DNA from: Macrostomum lignano
Taxonomy: Eukaryota
Direction: 5' to 3'
Assembly: GCA_002269645.1 (NCBI GenBank)
Contig: NIVC01004037.1
Coordinates: forward strand, 1-63,435
DNA: 63,435 nt
Position 1 is the stretch's first letter, and every line of letters starts with the position of its first letter. The notes below the pieces were generated by a model. The model searched no databases and was not told the DNA's origin. It saw nothing but the letters and a program-made list of their open reading frames with translations. Position numbers and translations under genes: made by a program. Positions 1-41,720 of this stretch are shown in pieces.

Positions 1-8
1 TCTTGTAG

Positions 9-87
9 ATCAGCTGTTTCACCTTCTGCGCTTCGCTGGTTCTTTATGCTTAATGCCGACCACTTCGTCCAATGCACACAGGATCTC
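9..87 (+). CDS. Possible short upstream exon (perhaps of the NBEAL-like gene)
   Basis: TTGTAG acceptor-like site at 3-8 and GTAAGA donor at 88. Two frames are open, but neither phase matches the best acceptor at 10851 and no family motif was recognised. Confidence 0.25.
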
Positions 88-98
88 GTAAGACGGCC

Positions 99-752
99 TT
101 GCCCCAATGTACACACCATCCCGATAAGCAACCTCTGCCCCCAATGTACACACCATCCCGATAAGCAACCCTGCCCCCAATGTAAACACCATCACGATAA
201 GCAACCCTCTGCCCCAATGTAAACACCATCACGATAAGCAACCCTCTGCCCCCAATGTACACACCATCACGATAAACAACCCTCTACCCCCAATGTACAC
301 ACCATCACGATAAGCAACCCTCTACCCCCAATGTACACACCATCACGATAAGCAACCCTCTACCCCCAATGTACACACCATCCCGATAAGCAACCCTCTG
401 CCCCAATGTACACACCATCCCGATAAGCAACCCTCTGCCCCCAATGTAAACACCATCACGATAAGCAACCCTCTGCCCCCTGTAAACACCATCACGATAA
501 GCAACCCTCTGCCCCCAATGTACACACCATCCCGATAAGCAACCCTCTGCCCCCAATGTACACACCATCCCGATAAGCAACCCTCTGCCCCCAATGTAAA
601 CACCATCACGATAAGCAACCCTCTGCCCCCAATGTAAACACCATCACGATAAGCAACCCTCTGCCCCCATGTACACACCATCACGATAAACAACCCTCTA
701 CCCCCAATGTACACACCATCACGATAAGCAACCCTTTGCCCCCAATGTACAC
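99..752. repeat. ~38-bp minisatellite (CCCCCAATGTACACACCATCACGATAAGCAACCCTCTG)n, ~17 copies
   Basis: Tandem periodicity of 36-38 bp; the overlapping ORFs are repeat artefacts. Confidence 0.95.
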
Positions 753-938
753 ACGATCGCTTTTAGTATGGCCCTTTTTGTTGTCCTATCAATCATTGTT
801 AGCAAATACGTCAGTACCATGCACTCATACTCTTATAACCTGCTGCTTAAAACTTTCCTTATCATTTTACTTAATTGATAAATTTCCTTACTACTAATAT
901 AAATTATATATACAAGCTATACAGATTTAGTTGGATTA

Positions 939-967
939 CTAGCAATCTTCGCCCCCCGTTGGGGGGC
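939..967 (-). terminator. Helitron 3' terminal hairpin plus CTAG (rolling-circle termination signal)
   Basis: 7-bp GC stem with 3-nt loop at 951-967, 8 nt from CTAG at 939-942; canonical CTRR end inserted before T. Confidence 0.88.
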
Positions 968-1084
968 ATCTGTATAGAATCTCTGTTCTCTACAAGTAAC
1001 AAAAAACAGCCAAATAAAGCCTTGACAAAGACAACAGACAAACTGCTCAAATAAAGTGTAATGCAAAAAGAAATCATCCCAAGA

Positions 1085-1222
1085 CAGCAAGCATCCCCCA
1101 GATAGCAAGCATCCCCCAGATTGCAAGCATCCCCAGATAGCAAGCATCCCCCAAATAGCAAGCATCCCCAGATAGCAAGCATCCCCCAGATAGCAAGCAT
1201 CCCCAAATAGTAAGCATCCACC
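1085..1222. repeat. ~19-bp tandem repeat (ATAGCAAGCATCCCCCAG) in Helitron 3' subterminal region
   Basis: About 7 tandem copies visible. Confidence 0.9.
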
Positions 1223-1321
1223 AGACAATAAGTAGCTAGTGCAACAATTTCCTTAGCTCTATAGTGGCTCCTTTAAAATTGGCATGACGCTTACTTTTAC
1301 GTTTGAAATTGTGTATCTTTT

Positions 1322-1532
1322 ATGTTTGACATGGTGGCTTTTTAGTGTTTGACATGATGGCTCTTTAATGTTCGACATGGTGGCTCTTTAATGTTTGACA
1401 TGGTGGCTCTTTAATGTTCGACATGGTGGCTCTTTAATTTTTGACATGGTGGCTCTTTAATGTTCGACATGGTGGTCCTTTTATGCTTGACATTGTGGCT
1501 CTTTAATGTTAGACATGGTGGCTCTTTAATTT
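1322..1532. repeat. 23-bp tandem repeat (TTTAATGTTCGACATGGTGGCTC) in Helitron 3' region
   Basis: About 9 copies, period 23. Confidence 0.9.
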
Positions 1533-2668
1533 TTAACGTTTGTTAAACGTTTTTGACGTTTGTAACGCAAGAATTTTTTGTATTTTTTTGCGAATAAACT
1601 TGAAAAGTACAAAGTGAAACTTATGAACATGGCATTAAAAGTACAACCGATATGTCACGTATACATAGCGTGTGCAATGGCTGCATGTGACCAGATGAGT
1701 TCCTTTAATACTCTACGTTAGTCTATAGTCGCAGCCCTCGGATTCGCTCATTCCTGCCCTCAAATCCATAGTCAGAACAATCAGTTCGGCTCTATATTTC
1801 CTTAGCCTTTGCGCTTTGCCACAGACTATTCATATTTGTTTCGCCAAAGATTAAGAAATGAAGTAAGACAAAAGCTCCATTCAGGGCCTTCGCCTTAGTT
1901 AAAATTGACATCTTGTGAGTTTCGTATATTATTCAACTTTCAATATATGGAAGACGAAGGCCCCGTCGCAAGTTGATGCAAATCGTTTTTTATGAGCTTA
2001 CAGTCCACAGTTGTTACAGGTGACTTGAGATATTTTTGATTTTTGAAAAAAAGACTGTCACTCATAGTTTGCGTAAAAATCCATATACTAAAATTCACTC
2101 TAATGTTAAGTTTTTGCGAACCTTGGAAAACTAAAAACAAAATTGTTTCGTCTTTTGCATAAATTTGCGATATAAAATAAGTAAAGTTTTTACACGAATT
2201 ATAATGAAATTTCAGGGGAAAAATAAAAGACAAAATTAACTGCTCATCAAAGATTGAATTCATTAAAAGCAGTGCAAAAGAAGGTTTGTTTCAAAAGTTA
2301 CTTTCGGCTAATATGAAATTGCCTTAAAATACAAATTAACTGTAAAGTGCAAATTGACTGTAAAAATTAGTACAATGAATTAAATAAGCCTAATTGAGCT
2401 TCAACATAAAGTTCATCAGCTATTAGCTCGTACTCACTGCCATGCAATATCTACGCTTCGTTAGAAATGAGGTTGGGGCAATAAATTTCCTGCGATTCTT
2501 TTAGGAATGAGAGCTATTGACAGCTATTGCTTTAGAGAATGAGAGCTATTACTTAAGAGATATGGGGAAATAATTATTCTATTTTTCCTTAAAAATAAAT
2601 GAATATACTTTCTAGCCTTTTGCATGAGGAAAATTATTGCTCACCCCTCATTTTTTACGATAAATAAA

Positions 2669-5101
2669 TTAGTCTTCAGTGAGAACTTCTGGAAACACAA
2701 CGTTTCTGGTCCTTGTTCCCGGAATCCGGACGCGAACATTTGCCGCGTTCTTTGCTCGTGACAGCGCCGTGTACAGCTGGCCATGCGTGAAGCAACCGAC
2801 TGACAGGTCACGCCAACTGTGTCCAGAGACTGTCCCTGCGACTTGTGAATCGTCAGGCAGAAACTCGGCTTCACAGGGAACTGCAGCCGCTTAAAACTGA
2901 CGGGGAGGTCCGCATTGCTAGGAATCAGCGGGATTCGCGGCAGAAGAATCTCGTCTCCCGTGAACTGGCCGGCGGCAATCTTGCATCTAAGCACGTTCTC
3001 GCCCATTGCGAGTATGATCAGCCGCGTACCATTGCACAATCGTGGCGGGTTGATGTTCCTGAGAAGAACTACTGGCATACCCACTTTTAGCCTCAGCAAG
3101 TGAATCGGAAAGTTCGGGGCATCCAGCTGGTTGAGCAACTCAGGCGGGAAGTGCGTAGCGGCATCCTCATCGGCCACACTGTCTATTGAGCGGTACTCCC
3201 GCAGGCTGCCGGGGAACATGCCCAGGCACGTCTCGTTGATGGCATCCACTGAGTCATTGTACGGCGCCAGGATCGCTCGGCTTGCAAAGTAGCCGTCCCT
3301 CTCCACTGAGGCCTCAAACGATGGGTACACAAAATTTATAAGATCATTGAGCGGCGCCTCCGCAGAAATGATGATCTCAGCAGGAAGAGACACTTTCTCC
3401 TCTGCATCCTGCTCAATTGTTCCGGATCCGATCTGGGGGAGTTAAAAGTCAAATATTTAAAACGCTAGACAGACTTTAAGCAAGGCATTCTTGAATAAGC
3501 CACAATTTTTAAAATGGAGCTCTCAACACGAAAGAAACCGAACATCCTTAAATCTTCCAATAAATAAACTGATGAAAACAAACTTACCTGCTTGAGTAGC
3601 TCGGTGTATCTCAAATACGTTGCAGAATCGGAACTGCTCAGCAATCGGATGTTTCTTGTAAGGCGATGCCGCCGGAAAAATTTCCACAGTGGGGATCTGC
3701 TGACACACGCCATGACGCTGTTGGCTCGAGTCCCATGCACCACAACGGGCAGCAACTGGCGAAAGTCCCCAGCGCAAACGAAAACCACTCCGCCGAATGG
3801 CACGTCCTGCTTCCGCACGTCTCGCAAGCACCGGTCGACGGCCTCCAAATCCTTCCGGTTTGTCATAGAAATCTCGTCCCAGACAATTAGACGCACTGTC
3901 CGAAATACAGCGGCCTGTTTGGACTGCGCTCCAACAGCGCACACGTCTTTGCTCGAACGGATCGCCCGAATTGGTATCTTGAACCTGGCATAGACAAATA
4001 GTTTCACCATGCCGAACATATTTACAGCACACGAAATATTTACAACTGCTTTTTGAAATATTGACAATAAATTACTCACGTTGAATGCGCCGTCTGTCCA
4101 CCTGGCAAAAGAGTCGCTGCGATTCCAGAAGCCGCAACGGCGAGGGCGACTTCACCCCGGCTGCGCACGAAGGCTAGCAGAACCTCCAGCAGGAAGGTCT
4201 TGCCAGTGCCAGCGGGCGCGTCCAGGAAGTGCAAGCCGCTGGTGCCGTCCACAAGATTCTGAGTCACGGACTCGTACACCGCTTTCTGCTCATCTGTCAG
4301 CATTGGTAAGCGCGCCTCAGTAATCAGTGCTTGCTCAACCGTATCAAACTGCATTGGTCCATCTTGAGGTGTCACGGAGGCCGCAGGCAGGCCGTACTCT
4401 GGCAGGCTTCTCCCGCCCATGGAGATCAGCATGCTCTGAAGCTCACGCAGCGCCAGGTCAGTAATCTCCTCGGTGCTCAAGTCTCGGTGGTGAAACCGCA
4501 GGTCCTCGCTGAGATCCTCGGCAAAACTGCACCAGAGGTCGCTGCCATCCTCAGGCTCACCCCATATGAGAATTACGGCCAGAAGATGTCTCAGGGCTCT
4601 TGGCATTCTTGACTGAACGGCCTCAGCTAGACACCGCCGCCAGTGATCATCTCGCTGCAGCAGGCCAAGGGCCATGCAAGCAGCCTTGGCGCTCGGATGC
4701 ACAACGCCGTCCACGGTCTGCAGCGCCTCGAAGCTAGTCGGTCCCCTAACATTCAAAAGGAGCATTCGAACATAAAATAAATCACCTGCTCTTGGACTCA
4801 CCGTGTACATGCGTGCAACGTTTTTGTTCCGCACTACACCCGGATGGCCATCGACTCGCACACCCTGCTTGGCCCGCCGCCACTCTCTTTCGCTGGAGTG
4901 CCACACAAAGTAGGACGGCACCTCCGTGTAGAGCAAGGACCCAGCAAATTCGTCAATACGGCACAGCTTGAAAAACGCCGTCAACGTCGAATCCTTCGGC
5001 GTTCTCGCTTTTGCTCTTGCGGTCCCCTCGTTGAAATACACGAGCTGCTCTTCCGACTTGTGAACGCAGAGTCGGATGACCGCCGGAAACCTGTTGTGCA
5101 C
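2669..5101 (-). CDS. Helitron exons 7-9 (5101-4080, 3984-3588, 3432-2669): PIF1-family SF1B helicase
   Basis: DAPAGTGKTF (Walker A), VWDEISM, GDFRQLLPV, RNINPPRLCNGTRL, QFPVKPSFCLTIHKSQGQSL and, after a 1-bp frameshift at ~2808, HGQLYTALSR...NVVFPEVLTED*. Confidence 0.92.
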
Positions 5102-8100
5102 CTGATCAGAAAGTGAAAGGAAAATATACAGCCTTTAAGTTTCGATCGAAATTCAATTTATACTATGACGAGGTTTCACAGCTCTGGTTAAAATGAGCCA
5201 ATAATAATTAGAATGCGAATTACTTCAAAGCCCAAGATGGTATTCACGGCTTCCATTGGACCAATGTAGCGCGCGGACAGGTACTCCTTAATCTCATCAC
5301 GCCGCGGCTCATTTCGTGTCGTTTGCGTCGGCTGCTGGTTACCCACTGCCTGCTCTCTCGGTTCAGTAGAATTCCTATTGGCATCGACTTTGAACGTCGC
5401 CATGTCGCCACCCTTTAACAGGTACTTGATCACGTACTTGACCGACTTCACAGTGGCGCAAACTTCGACGTTCAAGTGGCACGCAAACTGGAGCAACAGG
5501 TCAGGGCTGTACGGAACGACCCACCTGTTTTAATGAAAAAATAATATCATTAACTTTCAGAAACAAAAGCTGCAATGCACAACTAAGCAATATATTAGCG
5601 TTTGAACTTCCCTGTTGTCCATGCGAATGCTCCGGCCTTTGAACAGTTTGTCCACTGTAAATCCGCCCATCTCAGGCGATAGTCTGCGGTACAGTGGGTA
5701 GCCAGTATCGCTGGTCAGCGTCACCTGCTGGAACTCTTTCGGAAAGCCCTTGCTGCATTCGCCATTCTCCATGCAAGGACACGCCGGATTCTCCTTGCCG
5801 CAGGGGCCATGGATCATGTGCGTCTTCACCAGCTCATACAGCACAGGCTGCTGCTCTGGGTCCGGAATCTCGGCAGACACGATGTCATCGTATCGGTCCG
5901 GAGTCACTCGCTGACCGCTCACGAGCCACAGCAGAAAGTGCACATGGGGAAGACCTGGAGCGTCAAAAAAAGTATTAAAAAATATCACAAAACCATTGTA
6001 AATCTAAATTTTAATAAATCTTAAAACTTTGATTCTTGCAAGTCAGAATTTTTACTCACCACGCTTCTGGTACTCCAGTGAGCAAACGTGAGCGGCCTCT
6101 TTCCCATAGCGCTTGGTCAACTGGGCCAGCAGAGCTTTCTTCTTCATTTCAAAGACTCGGCTAACAATGTCGGGCCGGTCTTCTGCCCGCTGTCCAGGCA
6201 GAAGCTGAGCGCTGATCTCCGGCCATTTCGGATTGCACGTTGCGGTGACAAACAGGTCCGGCTTACCGAACTTGTGAACATAGGTCATAGCGTCCTGTAG
6301 CCTCTCCATCAGGTACCTTGGCCCGCCAACGAAGCTCGAAGACAGAAGCACATGCGCGGGCTTGCCTATGTCACTCGGATCTCTGTCGGTAGACCTGCCA
6401 TCAGCTGCAAACAGAGCGTCCCGCAGACCGCTGTACGTCTCGCTGCGCAGGTCCTGCTGATGGGTCCGCAAATACAGCAGCCTCTCTGCCTCAATCTTGG
6501 CACACATGTCCACCAAGTACTGCTGAAATAATCTTCGGCCATAGTGCAGCACACTGAACTGGCCCGCTCGCACCATGATTTCGCTCGCATAGTATTTCAT
6601 GGGCGTCAATTTCTTGCCATTACTCATCAGCAACTCCGGGTGCCAGCCATCTTCGCCATTCGGGAACAGCAGCACATACTCCAGCGGGTCATATGAGCGG
6701 TGCGTCTCGCTGATTCTCTGGGAACCGCCACCACGCAGTTGAATCACGACGTCCCGACTGGCCGGTGTGTTCTCATTGTCCTCCACAATCAGGATACCGA
6801 CCTCGTTCGCCGTAGGCAAGTTGTAGCGCCTTATTTTGAACGGAGTTTGTGGGATACTGAGTTTGTACAAATTGGATAATTGGATAATTTATTACGCAAA
6901 ATATCTTATTAGAATGTCTTGCAGACATACCGAATGTGTTCCCCAGATGGTCGACGGTCAGGGTGAATCACGATTCGCGCATCTCCCAACTCCGGATCTT
7001 GACTGATTCGATGAGCGACTGCCCTCAGGCTGCGGACATAGCCGTTGCACTCGTGAAGCAGCGTCTGCAATAGCTCCAGTAGCTCCGGCTTCACCTTCTG
7101 GCTGAGACTCTGGCGGCTTTCAAGTTCGCGATCATTGAAATACACCTGCCAGCCATGGGGCTCAGCTGAATCCTCTGCAAACAGCGGCGCCGTGTTGTGA
7201 TGCAACTGGCCGCTGATGATGAAGCTGGGACACCAGCCTGGCACCAACCGCAGTTTGGCACCCAGCGATGTCAGGTGCAGCGCCGAGTTGTAACTCCGAA
7301 TGTTGGTCAGGAACTCGGCACTCAGTCTGTGCCGCCCCAGGTACAGATCCGCCAGCACTTGAGGCACGGTGCGGCTGGGCAGCTTTACCTTGCCTTTGGC
7401 GCAGCAGAAATTCCTCGTCTCAGAGCACCAAAGTAATGCACCGCATTGGTCGCATGCTCTGTCCATTGGGCCACAGTTATGGGCTGGCGCTTCAGGCCTG
7501 ATAATCCGTTCTGGCCTGTGATTGGAAGGATTAGGATTAGGAAGGATTAATGGCAAACAGTTTTCCCAGTTAATCTTTCAGTTTACAAAAAAATTTATTG
7601 GAATAAAACAACTTGATTTCGATGACAAATAAATTATGATGACCAGTCACACCAATGACCTACCTCTCTTGAGCAGGTCTTGCGCCAAAATGACCTGCAC
7701 TCTGCTGAGTTAATCTTGGCTCCTCTGCATCTACAATGGGCTCAGAAACTGGAATCGGATTAGCAAATCGCAATGACTCATAATGCTCATGACGCAAAAG
7801 AATTCGGACGATTGCAATCGGTGGCTGCAAAGGGGACATACAGTACTGCAGTACAGTCCCGTTTTCTTGATAAATCACCAGATCAACATTAAAACAACGG
7901 CTTAAAAGCGGAACAACTTCATCAGGCACATATGTGCCTTCAGAAAAAGAGGAATCAACAATGAAATCAGCATTTTCTGGCAAAACAAAGCCTTGTTCAA
8001 TCAATTCTGGCATAATCTGCACTACACGGCTCGTCAGCTCGTGTCTTAAAGATGCCGCATCGGTCTCAAGTGGAGTGCCCTGCAACTGATCACAGACTGC

Positions 8101-9097
8101 ATAAAAAAAACAGTTCCCATCACCAGGAATGCGAATTATGCGCAACGCATCAAAAGGTACCACAGACGGTGTGGCCAACTCACTACTATCAAACCTGGAA
8201 TATAGGAAAAAAATTATACACAACTTCATTTGCCGGTAATTAAAGTAGTGACGAATAAATTTTATGCTATTCTATACTGATCTCTTAAATAAAACTCTTG
8301 GAAAGCAATCGACTTGAAAAGATGAGAAAAAATGCACGAAACAGATTCCAGTTTTTAATTATATGCCCAAGTACCAATAAAACATCAGCTAAGATAGAAA
8401 ATACCCCGAATTAGGCACAATGGGCACTTGGATTTTATATGGCTATAAAATATATAGCTCCAATTAAAATGTCATCCTACCTGCCAGCCGACACTCCTCG
8501 ACGGCGAATTTGCTCGGCTTCCACTCGAGCTCTTCGTTGCTCTTCGGTTTCTGAAGCGCGTCGCTTCTCCGCACGAGTTCTGTCTCCAGATCTACGCTCT
8601 TCTCGCTGAGCGTCGGTTTCAGTTGCCCTTCGCTCAGCCTCCTGCTGCCGGTGTCCAGCCAGCCGCTCTTCTCGCTGCGCGTCAGTCTCCATGGCCGTTC
8701 GCTCAGCCTTCTGCTGCCGCAGTCCAGCCAACCGCTCTTCTCGCTGCGCGTCAGTCTCCATGGCCGTTCGCTCAGCCTTCTGCTGCCGCAGTTCAGCCAG
8801 CCGCTCCTCTCGCTGCGCGTCAGTCTCCATGGCCGTTCGCTCAGCCTTCTGCTGCCGCAGTTCAGCCAGCCGCTCCTCTCGCTGCGCGTCAGTCTCCATG
8901 GCCGTTCGCTCAGCCTTCTGCTGCCGCAGTCCAGCCAACCGCTCTTCTCGCTGCGCGTCAGTCTCCATGGCCGTTCGCTCATCCTTCTGCTGCCGCAGTT
9001 CAGCCAGCCGCTCCTCTCGCTGAACGGCACTCTCTTGCTGACGCTTCTTCTTGGCATCTCTGCTCTTCTTCAATGCGCTGGTGCCACGTCGAGCCAT
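2669..9097 (-). CDS. Helitron RepHel transposase, 9 exons, ~1776 aa (STPR repeats - OTU - Zn knuckle - HUH Rep - PIF1 helicase); this copy has a -1 frameshift and a GG donor
   Basis: Exons (minus): 9097-8481, 8194-7664, 7515-6931, 6829-6060, 5954-5612, 5524-5224, 5101-4080, 3984-3588, 3432-2669. All junction phases match (2,2,2,1,2,0,2,0) and rebuild canonical motifs: EHIR/RYNLPTANEV, EYQKR/GLPHVHFLLW, DN/RWVVPY, YVIKYLLKG, AHS/TFKIP, LLKQ/IGSG. Exon sum 5330 nt + 1 missing base = 1777 codons. Confidence 0.88.
5224..6829 (-). CDS. Helitron exons 4-6 (6829-6060, 5954-5612, 5524-5224): HUH replication-initiator (Rep) domain
   Basis: YDPLEYVLLFPNGEDGWH; KPDLFVTATCNPKWPEI (motif 1); EYQKRGLPHVH (HUH, motif 2); KYVIKYLLKG (two catalytic Tyr, motif 3). 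Confidence 0.92.
6931..7515 (-). CDS. Helitron exon 3: Cys-rich Zn knuckle and N-terminal Rep region
   Basis: CDQCGALLW...NFCCAKGKVKLP; NIRSYNSALHLTSLGA; FIISGQLHH, typical Helitron N-terminal motifs. Confidence 0.88.
7664..8194 (-). CDS. Helitron exon 2: OTU-family cysteine protease (deubiquitinase-like) domain
   Basis: IPGDGNCFFYAVCDQL (catalytic Cys motif) and ILLRHEHYESL (catalytic His motif). Acceptor TTCCAG at 8195, donor GTAGGT at 7663. Confidence 0.85.
8481..9097 (-). CDS. Helitron exon 1: 23-aa STPR-like repeats (ETDAQREERLAELRQQKAERTAM) x ~7
   Basis: ATG at 9097; 69-bp tandem periodicity; E-T-x-x-Q-R-x-x-R-L 23-residue pattern typical of STPR domains; donor AG/GTAGGA at 8480. Confidence 0.8.
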
Positions 9098-10851
9098 ATT
9101 GGAATTCAAATTGAAAGATAAGAATTTTGAGTGATAATGAAAAGAAAGGATAGTAGGGGTTGTGTGCGAGAAAAGAGAAAGGTATGAAGTCTATAATGTC
9201 ACGCGTTTTAAACTCAGCAACCACCCAATCCCAAAAAGCTGGACACCATTTGTACACTGTTAGACTGTCAGTGTGTACAGCAAGCCTAAATTCTCTCCAA
9301 TACCCGCCTGCTAATTGGTCAGGACTTTTTTATTATTCAATACTCTCTCTCAAACACCTAACTCTAACTCTCCTATGTGAAAGGATTCAGATAAATTTTC
9401 TGAAGGAGGCGCAAGCCTCAGTAGCCAATGTACGAGCGTACATCTATCTCTGTGGCACTTTTGGACCTTTTTATAATCAGACGGTTTTATTACATTTTGG
9501 GGGGTTAGTCGCAAACATGGTTCGTATATTGTGAATCAATTAGATACTGTATATATGTGCATGTATTTCAATCTCTCACTCTCCCTCTCTCCAGCATTTA
9601 AAGTTAGTATGTTAATTGTGCACGGGGACATTTTATAATGTACAATCTTTTTTCGCAGTCTACATTTATAGTTCTCTAGCCTGGCGACAAAAAATACTAC
9701 TTTACTGGGCGCTGCAAAGTTCAATTCCAATCAGAATGGCTCACAGTAGAAAGTTCTGCTTGACCCTTGCAGAAAGGCATGTGTGTTATTCGAATATTCG
9801 CGCTTCTTCTAGGCTTTACAAGAACTACTTTTCATGCTTAAAATGACACTTCTTTTACGATTTTTATGACACTTGTACATTAGTAAGCCTCGACGCTAGC
9901 ATTTTTTTAGGTTTGTCATGACGCCTCTTTTATGTTTAACAAAAATTACACTATAAGATGAGCACGAAGCAGTTATGACATAATCAATTTTTCAATCGGT
10001 CAGTATATCAGTTCTAATCAAAGTTAACAATATGGTTACGCAGTCTAAATCAAGTCTCGTAATATGCTTCTACACAGTGTTTTCAACACTGTGACGCAAT
10101 TCAAGTCGGAGGTACAATTCAGCTGTTATGCAATCTTTATCACAATCGGAATTCAGCCAGTCAGTTTTTTCTCTAGCATTTCAGGTCGAAAGAGCTGCTT
10201 GACCTTTGCAAAAAAGCATGTTTTTCGAATATTTAATCCCTTTAACATTGAGCAATTTCTTAGCCAAGATGCATGTACCGTCCCAGGAAAATTTCTGATC
10301 GAATGGTGCAAGTTTGAAGAAAATCGGTTGAGCCAATTTTTCTGAAATCTATCGCATACCTACCCACATACAGACAACTCATTTTTAGTATATTGGATTT
10401 CATATTCTGTTTGTCAAATTTGCTGTCTATATTTGTTTTAATCTATAAATATTTAAGAATCTATTATAGGGTAGACAAGTGTGTTAATAGCGACAAAAGA
10501 TTACATAAGAGTTTGTTAAAATTTGGCTTAAGATTTTTTTCACCTCAATCGATTTATGGTCTGTTTATCTTACATGCCTGTGTAGAGAGTGTACGGGCCT
10601 CCCGAGGAGAAACTCAGTGCTGCTGTACACCCTACTAGTCTACTTATAGTAGGAATATACAGAGAAAATACGCTAATTAATAAAAACTACTAGGAGGCTT
10701 GTGGCAAAAGTTTCCGGACTGTGTTTACTGTGATCGGCAGGAATGCCAAAATGAGCTGAAAACTGCTCAATTGAAGAGTAAACCTGCAAAACAATTCGGC
10801 ATGCTCTAGCAAACTTGTATAACAATTTCTTCTCCTGCGCAACTGTTCCAG

Positions 10852-41039
<30,188 letters not shown>

Positions 41040-41089
41040 TTGATTGTTTCATGCGAAAGATTTTAGATATCAATGAGAGGTGCCAATCC

Positions 41090-41720
41090 TGTTTCTAAGA
41101 AAACTTCACATTTCTAAGAAAGTCCCCGATCTTTCTTAAGACCAACCCCACCCTTTCTAGGAAACCCAAGTCGCTTTCTAAGATCAACCCCACCCTTTCT
41201 AGGAAACCCAACTCTCTTTCTAAGATATACTCAACCTTTCTAAGAAACCCAACTCCTTTCTAATATCAACCCCACCCTTTCTAAAAAAACCCAACTCCTT
41301 TCTTCCTAAGATAAGCCTCATCCTTTTTAAGAAACCCAACTCATTTTCTAAGATCAACCCAACCCTTACTAAGAAACCCAACTCACTTTCCTCCTAAGAT
41401 AAGCCTCATCCTTTCTAAGAAACCCAACTCGTTTTTAAGATAAGCCTCATCCTTTCTAAGAAACCCAACTCGTTTTTAAGAAAAGCCTCATCCTTTCTAA
41501 GAAACCCAACTCGTTTTTAAGATAAGCCTCATCCTTTCTAAGAAACCCAACTCGTTTTTAAGATAAACCTCATCCTTTCTAAGAAACCCAACTCACCTTT
41601 CTACGATAAGCCCCATCCTTTCTAAGAAACCCAACTCGTTTTTAAGATAAGCCTCATCCTTTCTAAGAAACCCAACTCACTTTCTTCCTAAGATAAAAGT
41701 AACCTTTCTAAGAAAAACTT
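41090..41720. repeat. ~40-bp repeat with TTCTAAGAAACCCAACTC core, downstream of the NBEAL stop
   Basis: More than ten degenerate copies. Confidence 0.88.

Larger units (their letters stand above)
939..10397 (-). mobile_element. Full-length canonical Helitron (rolling-circle DNA transposon), 9459 bp
   Basis: Minus-strand 5' end TCCAATATACTAAAAATGAGTTGTCTGTATG at 10397, preceded by A (10398). 3' end has the perfect hairpin GCCCCCC-AAC-GGGGGGC (967-951), 8 nt, then CTAG (942-939) followed by T (938). The internal gene encodes Rep and PIF1 helicase motifs. Confidence 0.9.

Noticed and set aside
9540-9545. Alternative Helitron 5' end (A|TCTAATTG at 9544)
   Set aside because: The 10397 end has the more typical TC-x-ATATACTAAAAATG plus subterminal pattern; ATC trinucleotides are common by chance.
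10585-10639. Possible second Helitron 3' end on the plus strand (CTAG|T at 10635-10639 with GTGTAC...GTACAC inverted repeat)
   Set aside because: Hairpin is weak and too far from CTAG; no matching 5' end.
10694-10777. Possible 84-nt phase 1-1 exon upstream of the first NBEAL exon
   Set aside because: Acceptor lacks a pyrimidine tract, the donor (GTAAAC) is weak and no homology was recognised.
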